From contig JBJOMY010000004.1 of NCBI GenBank assembly GCA_046052125.1, forward strand, positions 128,001-192,000: a DNA stretch of 64,000 bases, read 5' to 3'. Shown here in pieces: positions 40,185-49,492 of the stretch. The notes under the pieces were generated by a model. The model made no database searches, had not been told where the DNA came from, and worked only from the letters and a program-made list of their open reading frames with translations. The position numbers and the translations under genes were made by a program. The DNA is from Cyanobacteriota bacterium. Its GTDB lineage: Bacteria; Cyanobacteriota; Cyanobacteriia; PCC-6307; Cyanobiaceae. Positions within the stretch are counted from its first letter, which is position 1, and each line of letters starts with the position of its first letter.

Positions 40185-41069
40185 TTATTGCAGGGAGAGC
40201 ACGGCGGCGGTGAGCAGCACGTTGGTGAAGTAGGTCTTGATCGCGTCTTGGCTCAGGTTCACAGCGCTGCCCGGTCCCACCCATTGATTGATGCGGCTCT
40301 GGGCGTTGGGATCGTCGTTGATGTAGGCCTGCATCAGCCGGGCGATGGCCAGGTTGCTCAGGTTGAGCAGGCCTGAGTTGTTCTCCGGAACGATGCACGA
40401 CACCGCTGCCCGGCTGTAGGGCACGAGTGGATTGATGCTGCCGGCCGGGTCCGCAGCAGCGCGGTTAGCCAGCAGCCAAAGGCTGTCGCCCGCCAGGAAC
40501 TGGATCTGGCCGCCCTTGAGCGCCGCCAGGGCGGCTGCAGTGTTGTCGATTGTTTGGAGCTTGGCTCCTGGAACGCTCTTCTGGATGGTTTGAGCGGCGA
40601 GGGTGTTGTTCACCACCCCCACGGTTTGGCCCGTGAGTGCACCGGGGGTGCCGTCGTTGCCAGCCGGGGTGATCAGGCGGGTGCCAGAGAGGGCAAAGGG
40701 CAGGGAGTAGTCAACGAACATCGAGCGCCCCCAGCTGAAGCCCACGCCACAGGCCAGGTCGACGTTGCCGCTGGCGATGGCGGCGAGGCCCTGCTCCACC
40801 GACTCAACTGGTTGGGGAACCAGCTGCACAGGCTTACCGGTGTACTCGCTCAGCTCCTTCTGGATTTCCTTGGCAAATTCCATGCCGAGGCCCACGTAGC
40901 CGTTGCCCTGTTGGGTGGTGTAGGGCAGGTCGCCATCCATCACCAGGGTGTTGAGCCGGCCGCTGCGGCTCACGCGATCGAGCACCGAGCTGTCAGCCAG
41001 GGCGGGTTGAAGCGCACCCAGGGTGATGCCGACCAGTGCACCGGCCAGAGCGGTTAAACGAAGAGCCAT
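40185..41069 (-). CDS. grrP: Orphan extracellular substrate-binding protein (GrrP type)
   Basis: Signal peptide (ALA), amino-acid-binding-protein-like sequence, FSWGRSMFVDYSLPF; no permease or ATPase nearby. Confidence 0.8.
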   Translation of the reverse strand: MALRLTALAGALVGITLGALQPALADSSVLDRVSRSGRLNTLVMDGDLPYTTQQGNGYVGLGMEFAKEIQKELSEYTGKPVQLVPQPVESVEQGLAAIASGNVDLACGVGFSWGRSMFVDYSLPFALSGTRLITPAGNDGTPGALTGQTVGVVNNTLAAQTIQKSVPGAKLQTIDNTAAALAALKGGQIQFLAGDSLWLLANRAAADPAGSINPLVPYSRAAVSCIVPENNSGLLNLSNLAIARLMQAYINDDPNAQSRINQWVGPGSAVNLSQDAIKTYFTNVLLTAAVLSLQ

Positions 41070-41182
41070 AGGGCGTTGCAGCGACCCAAGCAAGCTCGCC
41101 AAAGTTAGGCGGCCTGAGCCGGTTTGGCTGCAACGGGCGGCAGCCGGGTTGGCCCTGCAGGCTGCCCATCCAGAATGACTGG

Positions 41183-42436
41183 ATGATCGAGGTGATCGGC
41201 ACCGATGCCGGTGCGCCGGCCACCTTGCCGGTTCAGCACCAGCAACGCCTGCGGCAGGCCCAGCTGATTGCGGCGCCGAAGCGCCTCCATCCGGCCCTGC
41301 GCGCCTGGGCTGGCGATTCCCTGCCCGAGCTGCTCGCTAGTGATCAGCCGCAAGTGCTGCTGGAGCGGCTTGGCTCGCTGGCGCCGGATGCGGCGGCGGT
41401 GGTGCTGGCCAGCGGCGACCCGCTCTGGTTCGGCATCGGTCGCTTGTTGTTGGAGGGCCTACCCCCGCAGCGCCTGCGTTTCCACCCGGCTCCCAGTTCT
41501 CTGCAGCTGGCGTTCGCACGGATTGGTCGCCCCTGGCAGGACGCCGGCTGGCTGAGCCTGCACGGCCGCGATCCCGATCCCTTAACCGCTCGGTTGCAGC
41601 AGCGCCCCGCCGCCCTGGCCGTGCTCACCGATCCAGGCCAGGGCGGTGCGGACGACGTGCGCCGCTGCCTCAGAGCCGCGGGCCTGGAGCAGGCCTACCG
41701 CTTCTGGTTGTGCGAGCGCCTGGGGCATGCGGAGGAGCGGGTGCAGTGTCTGGCTCCTCATGAGCCATTACCCGCGGATCTCGATCCGCTGCACCTGGTG
41801 CTGCTTGTGGCGCAAGATCCACCGTTGCCCCAGCAGCTGCCGCTGTTCGGCTTGCCGGATGGGGTGTTTCTGCAGCATCCCGATCGCCCTGGGCTGATGA
41901 CCAAGCGTGAGGTGCGTATTCAGCTGCTAGCGGAGCTGGATCTACCGGCCCGCGGTGTGCTCTGGGATATCGGTGCTGGGGTGGGTTCGGTTGGGCTGGA
42001 AGCGCTGCGCCTGCGCCCGGCGCTGCAGCTTTGGGCCCTGGAGCAGCGCGGCGGTTCGGCGTCGTTGATCCAAGCCAACGGCGAGCGGCTTGGCGTGGTG
42101 CCGGCCGGCGTGGTGGAGGGGCGCGCCCCTGAGGCTCTGCTGCAGCTGCCGGATCCCGATCGCGTGTTGCTCGGTGGGGGTGGCCGCGACCGGCGGGCTC
42201 TGTTGCAGGCCGTGCTGGATCGCCTGCGCCCGGGTGGTGTGGTGGTGATTCCCTTGGCCACCCTGGAGGCCCTGGCCGAGCTGCGGCCTGTGCTGGAAGC
42301 CGCTGGCCTTCAGGTGAGCCTCAGTCAGCATCAGGCCTGGAGAGGTGCTCCGCTGGCTGATGGCACCCGGCTGGCGCCGCTCAATCCCGTGCTGGTGTTG
42401 CGGGGCGAGCGCCGGGCTGAGGGATCAGCGGCCTGA
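41183..42436 (+). CDS. cbiET: Bifunctional precorrin-6Y methyltransferase/decarboxylase CbiE-CbiT
   Basis: VLASGDPLWFGIG, SSLQLAFAR, MTKREVR, WDIGAGVGSV. Confidence 0.92.
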   Translation: MIEVIGTDAGAPATLPVQHQQRLRQAQLIAAPKRLHPALRAWAGDSLPELLASDQPQVLLERLGSLAPDAAAVVLASGDPLWFGIGRLLLEGLPPQRLRFHPAPSSLQLAFARIGRPWQDAGWLSLHGRDPDPLTARLQQRPAALAVLTDPGQGGADDVRRCLRAAGLEQAYRFWLCERLGHAEERVQCLAPHEPLPADLDPLHLVLLVAQDPPLPQQLPLFGLPDGVFLQHPDRPGLMTKREVRIQLLAELDLPARGVLWDIGAGVGSVGLEALRLRPALQLWALEQRGGSASLIQANGERLGVVPAGVVEGRAPEALLQLPDPDRVLLGGGGRDRRALLQAVLDRLRPGGVVVIPLATLEALAELRPVLEAAGLQVSLSQHQAWRGAPLADGTRLAPLNPVLVLRGERRAEGSAA

Positions 42437-42860
42437 ATGGACTGACGAGCGCGGAGCTGCCCACGCGGATGCCGAGCCGGATTGCCTCACCGGCGGCGAG
42501 CTCCACCACGCTATCGGCTACTTCATCGGGGCCGTAGCTGCGGCAGGGCAGGCGGGGGCAAGGGGTGGCGTTGGCCTCGATCGCGATCACCCGCCGGTCG
42601 CGGATGAACAGCATGTCGAGCGGGGAGGGGGTGTGGTGCATCCAGAACTTGAGCACCTGCGGTTGGTCGTAGGGGAACCACATGCCCCGCAGCGGCGCAA
42701 GGGGTGGCCGCCCCATCAGCCCCCAGCTCTGTTGCTGGGGTGTGCGGGCCACCTCCAGCTGGATGCAGGGGGCGCTGCTGGGCTTGAGGCTGGTGGCTTC
42801 GAGGCACCACTGCGCTTCGATCGGCAGCTGTTGTGGTGGCGGGGCTGAAGGCGTGGTCAT
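42381..42860 (-). CDS. DUF192 family protein
   Basis: LEVARTP..GLM.R..RGMWF..FWM..PLDMLF..VVELAAG. Confidence 0.85.
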   Translation of the reverse strand: MTTPSAPPPQQLPIEAQWCLEATSLKPSSAPCIQLEVARTPQQQSWGLMGRPPLAPLRGMWFPYDQPQVLKFWMHHTPSPLDMLFIRDRRVIAIEANATPCPRLPCRSYGPDEVADSVVELAAGEAIRLGIRVGSSALVSPFRPLIPQPGARPATPARD

Positions 42861-42868
42861 CGGCAGGG

Positions 42869-43522
42869 TCAGCGCTGTGGTGGGCCATCACTGAGGCAGT
42901 AACCCTGCCCCCGCACGGTGTGAATCAGGCGTTTTTCACCTTGTTCCTCCAGCTTCTGGCGCAAGTAGCGCACGTACACCTCGATCACGTTGCTGGCGGT
43001 GGCCTGCTGGTCGTGCCACACCTGCCGAAGGATCTGCTCACGGCTCAGCACCTGCCCGCGGTGCTCCATCAACAGCAAGAGCAACGCATATTCACGGGCC
43101 GTAAGCGGCACCAGTCGCTGGCCGCGGCGCACCTCATGGCGGCTGGGCACCAGGCTCAGATCGCCCAGGCTGAGCCGATCCTCCGGCGGATTGTCCTTCT
43201 CGATCAGCTTGCGATGCAAGCGCAGGCGCATCAGTAGATCGCTCGTTCCCGCCGACGACAACCAGAAATCCGTGGCACCGGAGCGCAGCATCCGGGAGCG
43301 GGCGGCCACGCTGTCCTGGCCGATGTCGAGCAGCACTGGCACCGTTCCCCAGCGTTCGCGCAGGGCCGGCAGCTGATCGGCCAGCTCAGCCCCGAGGATC
43401 ACCAGATCGCAGCGGCCCTCAGAGGTTTGGTCTCCCACCCGGCATTGGTAGCCCGAGGCCTCCAGCCGCGGGGCCAGGGCCTCTGCCTCTGCCCCCAGCA
43501 GCAGCAGGGTGGTGCCGCTCAT
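42869..43522 (-). CDS. OmpR-family response regulator with degenerate receiver (NblR-like)
   Basis: [38 protein letters not shown] overlap with the NAD kinase stop. Confidence 0.85.
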   Translation of the reverse strand: MSGTTLLLLGAEAEALAPRLEASGYQCRVGDQTSEGRCDLVILGAELADQLPALRERWGTVPVLLDIGQDSVAARSRMLRSGATDFWLSSAGTSDLLMRLRLHRKLIEKDNPPEDRLSLGDLSLVPSRHEVRRGQRLVPLTAREYALLLLLMEHRGQVLSREQILRQVWHDQQATASNVIEVYVRYLRQKLEEQGEKRLIHTVRGQGYCLSDGPPQR

Positions 43523-44436
43523 CCGGGGCCGCCGTTGCTTGGCTTGGCCACATGGGGTAGGCCCCAACCCAGCTTGTTGCGCAGCACCTGGAAGAACTCA
43601 TGGTCGGCCAGGCGCACGAAGCGTACCGGGTGCTCGCTGCGGCGGATCAGCACCCGGTCTTCCGGCCACACGTAACAACCGGCGCTGCCGTCCACCACCA
43701 TCATCAGCCGCTCAGGCGTGGCCGGAAACACCGTCACGGGCTCTTGATCGCTGAACACCAGGGCGCGGGAGGCCAGGGAATGGGGCGCGATCGGCGTGAG
43801 CTGCAGCACCGGGCAGTCGGGGGTGATCACAGGGCCGCCCGCGCTTAAGGCGTAGGCCGTGGAGCCGGTGGGGGTGGAGAGGATCACTCCATCGGCGGCG
43901 ATATCGACAGGGGCGTGGCGGCCCACGGCGATCTCGAAGTGACACATCGAGGTGAGCGGTTCGCGGTGCAGGGCCATCTCGTTGAGACAGAGCACCTCCC
44001 AGCGGCGCTGCTCACCACGCATCACACTCACCACCAGGGTGGTGCGCTCCTCCACGGTCCAGTCGCCAGCGATCACCTGCTCGAGGGCTTCCTCCAGCTC
44101 GGGCAGATAGGTCTCGGCCAGAAAGCCCAGATGGCCGGTGTTGATCGTGAGGATCGGCACGTCGATCGGCGCCGTCATCCGCGCGGCCGAGAGCACCGTG
44201 CCATCGCCGCCCAGCACCATGGCCATCGCCATGGAGGAATCGAAATTCGGAGGCACGCAGGCGGCATGCCCCTTGGCCCGCAGGTGCTGATCCGGATTGG
44301 CGAAGCCCACCATGCCGCCGGAGCTGCTGGCGCGCACCACGTCATAACCAGCCGCACGCAGCCGCGTTTCGATGCTGTCGGCGGTGGCCAGGGCCAGGTC
44401 CTTGCCGTCGTTAACGATCAGTCCGACGCAGGGCAC
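43519..44436 (-). CDS. nadK: NAD(+) kinase
   Basis: [31 protein letters not shown]. Confidence 0.95.
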   Translation of the reverse strand: MPCVGLIVNDGKDLALATADSIETRLRAAGYDVVRASSSGGMVGFANPDQHLRAKGHAACVPPNFDSSMAMAMVLGGDGTVLSAARMTAPIDVPILTINTGHLGFLAETYLPELEEALEQVIAGDWTVEERTTLVVSVMRGEQRRWEVLCLNEMALHREPLTSMCHFEIAVGRHAPVDIAADGVILSTPTGSTAYALSAGGPVITPDCPVLQLTPIAPHSLASRALVFSDQEPVTVFPATPERLMMVVDGSAGCYVWPEDRVLIRRSEHPVRFVRLADHEFFQVLRNKLGWGLPHVAKPSNGGPG

Positions 44437-44507
44437 TGACTGGGGCTGAAGATCAGGCGATTTTATGGGTCACTTCCGGTTCTGCTCATCTGGAGCAGAA
44501 CATCGCT

Positions 44508-45515
44508 TCAGAACTGCTCCAGGAAGCGCAGATCGGAGGTGAACAGCCGGCGAATGTCATCAATGCCGTGGCGCACCATGCAGAAGCGCTCCACACCCAG
44601 GCCGGCAGCGAAGCCGCTGTAGCGCTCGGGATCGATGCCGAGGCCCTCGAGCACCGCTGGATCCACCATCCCGCAACCCATCACCTCCAGCCAGCGGCCA
44701 CGCCACTGCACATCCACTTCGGCGGAGGGCTCGGTGAAGGGGAAGTAGCTGGCGCGGAAGCGCACCGGCAGATCGCCGAAGAAACGCTGCAGGAAGGTGG
44801 TCACGGTGCCGCGCAGATGGCTGAAATCGAGGCCTTCATCGATGGCCAGCACCTCCACCTGGTGGAATACCGGCGAGTGGGTGGCATCCACCGCATCGCG
44901 GCGATACACGCGCCCGGGCGCCACGATCCGCACCGGCGGCGGATTCTTCTCCAGGTGGCGGATCTGTACTGGGGAGGTGTGGGTGCGCAGCAGCTCGTGC
45001 TCGCTCAGATAAAAGGTGTCCTGCATATCCCGCGCCGGGTGGTGCGGAGGGATGTTGAGGGCGCTGAAGTTGTAGTGGTCGGTCTCAATCTCAGGGCCTT
45101 CTTCAACCCGGTAGCCGAGGCCGGCAAAGATATCCACGATCTCTTCCACCGTGCTGATCAGCGGGTGGCGGTGGCCTGCGGGCGTGAAGCGGGCCGGCAT
45201 CGTCACATCCAGCGTTTCGCCGGCGATGCGCTCGGCCATGGCTGCGCTCTTCACGGCCGCCAAGCGTTCACTCAGGAGGGTTTGCGCTTGCTCCTTGAGC
45301 ACGTTGGCGCGCTGTCCCACCAGCGGTCGCTCATCGCCGGGCAGTTTGCCCATGGCGCCCAGCACTCCAGAGAGCTTGCCCTTCTTACCCAGTAGGCCAA
45401 CGCGCAGCTCTTCCAGTTCAGCGGCTGAACCTGCGGCGGCGATGGCTTTTGCCGCTTCAGCCTCCAGTTGCTCCAGTTGCTCTGTGAGCTGCTGCAGGCT
45501 GACGGTGGCGCTCAC
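44508..45515 (-). CDS. pheS: Phenylalanine--tRNA ligase alpha subunit
   Basis: [24 protein letters not shown]. Confidence 0.98.
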   Translation of the reverse strand: MSATVSLQQLTEQLEQLEAEAAKAIAAAGSAAELEELRVGLLGKKGKLSGVLGAMGKLPGDERPLVGQRANVLKEQAQTLLSERLAAVKSAAMAERIAGETLDVTMPARFTPAGHRHPLISTVEEIVDIFAGLGYRVEEGPEIETDHYNFSALNIPPHHPARDMQDTFYLSEHELLRTHTSPVQIRHLEKNPPPVRIVAPGRVYRRDAVDATHSPVFHQVEVLAIDEGLDFSHLRGTVTTFLQRFFGDLPVRFRASYFPFTEPSAEVDVQWRGRWLEVMGCGMVDPAVLEGLGIDPERYSGFAAGLGVERFCMVRHGIDDIRRLFTSDLRFLEQF

Positions 45516-45583
45516 GGCTGTGTTCCGGCGATCGCTGACTTTAAGAAGGCGGCCTCTAGCCTCGATCCAATCGGCTTGATGCC

Positions 45584-46381
45584 TTGCGGATCCTGATCAG
45601 CAACGACGACGGCGTGTTTGCCGACGGCATCCGCGCGCTGGCGGCTGAAGCGGTGAACCGGGGGCACCACGTGACGGTGGTGTGCCCGGATCAGGAGCGC
45701 TCGGCCACCGGCCACGGGCTCACCCTGCAAACTCCCCTGCGCGCTGAGCGCGCCGACGAGTTGTTTGCCCCCGGCATCACCGCCTGGGCCTGCAGTGGCA
45801 CCCCCAGCGATTGCGTGAAGCTCGCGCTGTTTGCGCTGCTCGAAGAGTGGCCGGATCTGGTGCTCTCCGGGATCAACCACGGTCCCAACCTCGGCACCGA
45901 CACCCTGTATTCGGGCACCGTGAGCGCGGCCATGGAGGGCACCATCGAGGGCTTGCCGGCACTGGCGGTGAGCAGTGCCGATTTTCAGTGGCGCCAGTTC
46001 GGGCCGGCTGCCCGCATCGCCCTCGATGTGGCCGAGCACACCGTTGCCGCCGGCTGGCCCCAGGGCGTGCTGTTCAATCTGAATGTGCCACCGCTGCCGG
46101 CTGAGGCGATCGGCCCGCTGCGCTGGTGCCGCAAGGCGGTGCGCCGCTACACCGATCAGTTCGACAAGCGGGTGGATCCCCGCGGCCGCACCTACTACTG
46201 GCTGGCCGGTGAGGTGGCCAACGACCTGGACGCCCAAGTGGCCGGCCCCAGCGACTGGCCGGTGGATGTGGCCCATGTGGCTGGCGGTGGGGTGTCGCTG
46301 ACGCCGTTGCAGCCGGAATTGTTTTGGCGTGGTGCGGCTTCAGAGCTGCCTGAACTGCCTCAGCTGCCGCTGGGCCGGTAG
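45584..46381 (+). CDS. surE: 5'/3'-nucleotidase SurE
   Basis: [27 protein letters not shown]. Confidence 0.96.
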   Translation: MRILISNDDGVFADGIRALAAEAVNRGHHVTVVCPDQERSATGHGLTLQTPLRAERADELFAPGITAWACSGTPSDCVKLALFALLEEWPDLVLSGINHGPNLGTDTLYSGTVSAAMEGTIEGLPALAVSSADFQWRQFGPAARIALDVAEHTVAAGWPQGVLFNLNVPPLPAEAIGPLRWCRKAVRRYTDQFDKRVDPRGRTYYWLAGEVANDLDAQVAGPSDWPVDVAHVAGGGVSLTPLQPELFWRGAASELPELPQLPLGR

Positions 46382-46938
46382 ACGCGCTGCAGCAGCCAGA
46401 TGCTGATCCACAGGCCGATCAGGTGGGCGAACACCACCTGGGTGTTGCTCAGCACCGAGAGCATCTCCAGAGATGTGATCGGATAGTTGGTGATCCGGCC
46501 TCCGGGCGTGGTCATCACGCCACCAAAGGCGAAGCCCGCCTGCATGGAGGCCTGGAAAAACAGGGAGCCTGCTAACGACTGATAGCCCACCACCCCGAGG
46601 GTGAGTCCGATCAGATCAGCCAGGATGCCGCGCTTGATCAGCCTGCCGGTTTCCCCCTTGCTGGGATGCACAGGGCTGGCCAGGGCGCGGCCGCAGCGCA
46701 CCACCAGCCAGCTCTGCCAGAGGCACCAGAGCAGCACAAAGAAGGCGATCGAGGTGAGTGAGATCCCTGGGCTGAGGCCCAGGGCCTTATCGGCGCGGGC
46801 GCCAATCTGGCCGCCGATGTTGTTGAACAGCAGCACGCCCATCACCACCACCGCCAGCACCAGCTGCGCCCAGAAGCGCACCCAGCCCAGGCGCCTCAGC
46901 GCAGCGGAAATCAGCTGGAGGTCGAGGCGATCGGCCAT
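46360..46938 (-). CDS. DUF3611-like membrane protein
   Basis: [15 protein letters not shown]; four TM segments; NTQVVFAH. Confidence 0.75.
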   Translation of the reverse strand: MADRLDLQLISAALRRLGWVRFWAQLVLAVVVMGVLLFNNIGGQIGARADKALGLSPGISLTSIAFFVLLWCLWQSWLVVRCGRALASPVHPSKGETGRLIKRGILADLIGLTLGVVGYQSLAGSLFFQASMQAGFAFGGVMTTPGGRITNYPITSLEMLSVLSNTQVVFAHLIGLWISIWLLQRVYRPSGS

Positions 46939-47069
46939 GGGATTGAGCGAGGGCGCCGGAGTTCGCCCAAACCTGCCATGGGAGGATCCCTAGGGCGAGG
47001 GCCCCGACGCTTCTTGTTGGTGATTCGGCTGTTGTTTAGGCCGGCTGTGATTGCAGCGGTGGGTACCCC

Positions 47070-48071
47070 TTGATTCCTCTGCGCACCCCAGATCAAGCCG
47101 CCGGCCCTGCGGCGATTGCCCTCGGCAGTTTTGACGGGCTGCATGAAGGTCACCGCCAGGTGATTGCGTCGGTGGTGGAACGGGCCGTGCCGGCTGGATT
47201 GGTGCCCACGGTTGTGAGCTTCTGGCCCCACCCCCGCGAGGTGCTCTACGGCGAAACGCGTCTGCGCCTGGATTTACCGGCCGAGAAGCTCGATCTGCTG
47301 GAGCCCCTTGGCATTGATCAGCTGGTGCTTGTGCCGTTCACCCCGGCGCTCGCTGCCCTGAATCCCGCTGATTTCGTGGAGCAGGTGCTGGTGCAGCAGC
47401 TGCGGGCCGAGCTGGTGGCGGTGGGCGAGAACTTCCGCTTCGGGGCGGGCCGCAGCGGCGATATCCACACACTGCGCGAGCTGGGTGCGGCGCGCGGGAT
47501 TGAGGTGCTGGTGCAGCCGATCCTCCGCGATAGCAGCGGCCGCCTCAGCAGCAGCCGCATTCGCCGCGCCCTTGAGGCCGGTGATCTCCAAGAGGCCAGT
47601 CGGCTGTTGGCGCGGCCTTATCGCTTTGGTGGCCGCGTGGTGCGTGGCCGCGGCCTGGGCCGCGAACTGGGCTGGCCCACCGCCAACCTGCAGGTGGATG
47701 GCCGCAAGTTTTTGCCTCAACAGGGTGTCTATGCCGCCTGGGTCTGGCTACAGGGCGAGCGCCTGCCGGGTGAACGTCTGGCGGCGGTGATGAATCTCGG
47801 CCCTCAGCCCACGGTGGATCCCACTGCCCCATCGGCAGTGGAGGTGCATGTGCTCGGTCGGCAGCTGGAGCTGGAGGGAGTGCAGCTGCTGGTGGAGCCG
47901 GTGGCGCTGCTTCGCCAACAGGAGCGCTTTGAAAACCTCGAAGCGCTGGTGGCCCAGATCGGCCGCGATGCGGCCCGGGCGGAAGCCTTGCTGCTCTCAG
48001 CCGGCGGGGTAGGCGTTGGCCAGGCCCCAGCTGATGAAGGCAGCGATGGCCCCCAGCAGCAGAATCCCTGA
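47070..48071 (+). CDS. ribF: Bifunctional riboflavin kinase/FAD synthetase
   Basis: GSFDGLHEGH, GENFRFG, SSSRIR, GWPTAN, VEVH. Confidence 0.96.
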   Translation: MIPLRTPDQAAGPAAIALGSFDGLHEGHRQVIASVVERAVPAGLVPTVVSFWPHPREVLYGETRLRLDLPAEKLDLLEPLGIDQLVLVPFTPALAALNPADFVEQVLVQQLRAELVAVGENFRFGAGRSGDIHTLRELGAARGIEVLVQPILRDSSGRLSSSRIRRALEAGDLQEASRLLARPYRFGGRVVRGRGLGRELGWPTANLQVDGRKFLPQQGVYAAWVWLQGERLPGERLAAVMNLGPQPTVDPTAPSAVEVHVLGRQLELEGVQLLVEPVALLRQQERFENLEALVAQIGRDAARAEALLLSAGGVGVGQAPADEGSDGPQQQNP

Positions 48072-48140
48072 GATCAGCACCAGCATCGGGCTGTCGGATC
48101 CGCCCTGCTCCATGACCACGCCGTTGTGGAACGTGTGCAC
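47997..48140 (-). CDS. ndhQ: NdhQ-like small subunit of photosynthetic complex I (47 aa, single TM)
   Basis: Translated by hand: MHTFHNGVVMEQGGSDSPMLVLISGILLLGAIAAFISWGLANAYPAG; matches the recalled NdhQ pattern F..G.M...G.DSP...IS..L.LG.IA..I.W.L..AY; alternative ATG at 48113. Confidence 0.72.
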   Translation of the reverse strand: MHTFHNGVVMEQGGSDSPMLVLISGILLLGAIAAFISWGLANAYPAG

Positions 48141-48174
48141 ACCCTAAGCAGACCGTCTTGTTCCAGCCCTGTTC

Positions 48175-49239
48175 ATGACTGCACCCGCACAACTTCAGCC
48201 GGTGTTGCGTCTGCTCGACGCCAACCTCGATCGCGCCCGCGAGGGTTTGCGGGTAGTGGAGGACTGGTGCCGTTTTGGCATGGATCGCGCTGATCTGGTG
48301 GCGCGCCTGAAAGATCTGCGCCAGCGCCTCGGGCTGCTGCATCAGAACCGCTACAAACAGGCGCGCCATACGGCAGGTGATGTGGCCGCAGGCATGGCTC
48401 ACCCGGCCCAGGATCAACGGTTGCGACCCGAGCAGGTGCTGGCGGCCAACTGCGGCCGGGTGCAGGAGGCGCTGCGGGTGCTCGAGGAATTCGGCCGAGG
48501 TGTGGATCCGCAACTGGTGGCCGAGGCCGCGGCGATCCGCTACGCCCTCTATGACCTGGAGGTGGAGCTGCTCCGGGCGGCGGGGTCGGGCGAGCAACGC
48601 CGCCGTCAGCTGCGCGATTGCCGGCTGTACCTGGTGACCAGCCCATCGCCGCGACTCGAAGCGGTGGTGGAGGCGGCCCTGCAGGGCGGCGTGTGCCTGG
48701 TGCAATACCGCGCCAAGGAGGGCAGCCTGGCCCCAGATGGTCAGCCGATCACCGATGCAGTGCGCCTCGAGCAGGCCAGGGCGCTGCGTCAGCTGTGCAG
48801 CCGGCATGGAGCCCTGTTTTTGGTGAATGACCGCATCGATATCGCCCTGGCGGTGGATGCCGATGGGGTGCATCTGGGCCAGGGGGATCTACCGCCAGCC
48901 CTGGCGCGCCAGTTGTTGGGCCCGGAGCGCTTGATTGGCCGCAGCACCCACGCCATCAGCCAGCTGCGCCAAGCGGTGGCCGATGGTTGCGACTACGTGG
49001 GTGTGGGCCCCGTGAACGCCACCCCCACCAAGCCCGGCCGTGAGCCGGTGGGTCTCGATTACGTGCGTCAGGCGGCGGCGGAAAGCCCGATTCCGTTCTT
49101 CGCGATCGGTGGGATCGAGCCCGCCAACCTGGCGGCGGTGCAGGCTGCGGGCGGTGAGCGGGTTGCGGTGGTGCGGGCGATCACGGAAGCACCGGATCCA
49201 GCTCAGGCCAGCCGTGAGTTGCTCACCCTGTTGCAGTGA
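48175..49239 (+). CDS. thiE: Thiamine-phosphate synthase (cyanobacterial long form)
   Basis: DANLDRAREGLRV N-terminal domain; VQYRAK, VNDR, GVHLGQGD, TPTK. Confidence 0.95.
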   Translation: MTAPAQLQPVLRLLDANLDRAREGLRVVEDWCRFGMDRADLVARLKDLRQRLGLLHQNRYKQARHTAGDVAAGMAHPAQDQRLRPEQVLAANCGRVQEALRVLEEFGRGVDPQLVAEAAAIRYALYDLEVELLRAAGSGEQRRRQLRDCRLYLVTSPSPRLEAVVEAALQGGVCLVQYRAKEGSLAPDGQPITDAVRLEQARALRQLCSRHGALFLVNDRIDIALAVDADGVHLGQGDLPPALARQLLGPERLIGRSTHAISQLRQAVADGCDYVGVGPVNATPTKPGREPVGLDYVRQAAAESPIPFFAIGGIEPANLAAVQAAGGERVAVVRAITEAPDPAQASRELLTLLQ

Positions 49240-49463
49240 TGGCTATGAGCGAGACCACCCTCCAGATCCGTCTCAACGGCGATCCCATTCAGTGCCCCGC
49301 AGGTTTATCGCTGCTGCAGCTTCTAGAGCTGCGGGGCTACAAGCCGCAGCTGGTGGTGGTGGAGTTCAACGGCGAGATCCTTCCCCGGGCGCGTTGGGCT
49401 GATCAGCCCGTACGGGAAGCCGATGCGGTGGAAGTGGTCACCATCGTGGGGGGCGGTTCCTAG
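49239..49463 (+). CDS. thiS: Sulfur carrier protein ThiS
   Basis: LNG...VVVEFNGEIL...D.VEVVTIVGGG; follows thiE. Confidence 0.9.
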   Translation: MAMSETTLQIRLNGDPIQCPAGLSLLQLLELRGYKPQLVVVEFNGEILPRARWADQPVREADAVEVVTIVGGGS

Positions 49464-49492
49464 ATTTCAGTTCAACTCTTCCGGCTCTGGTT

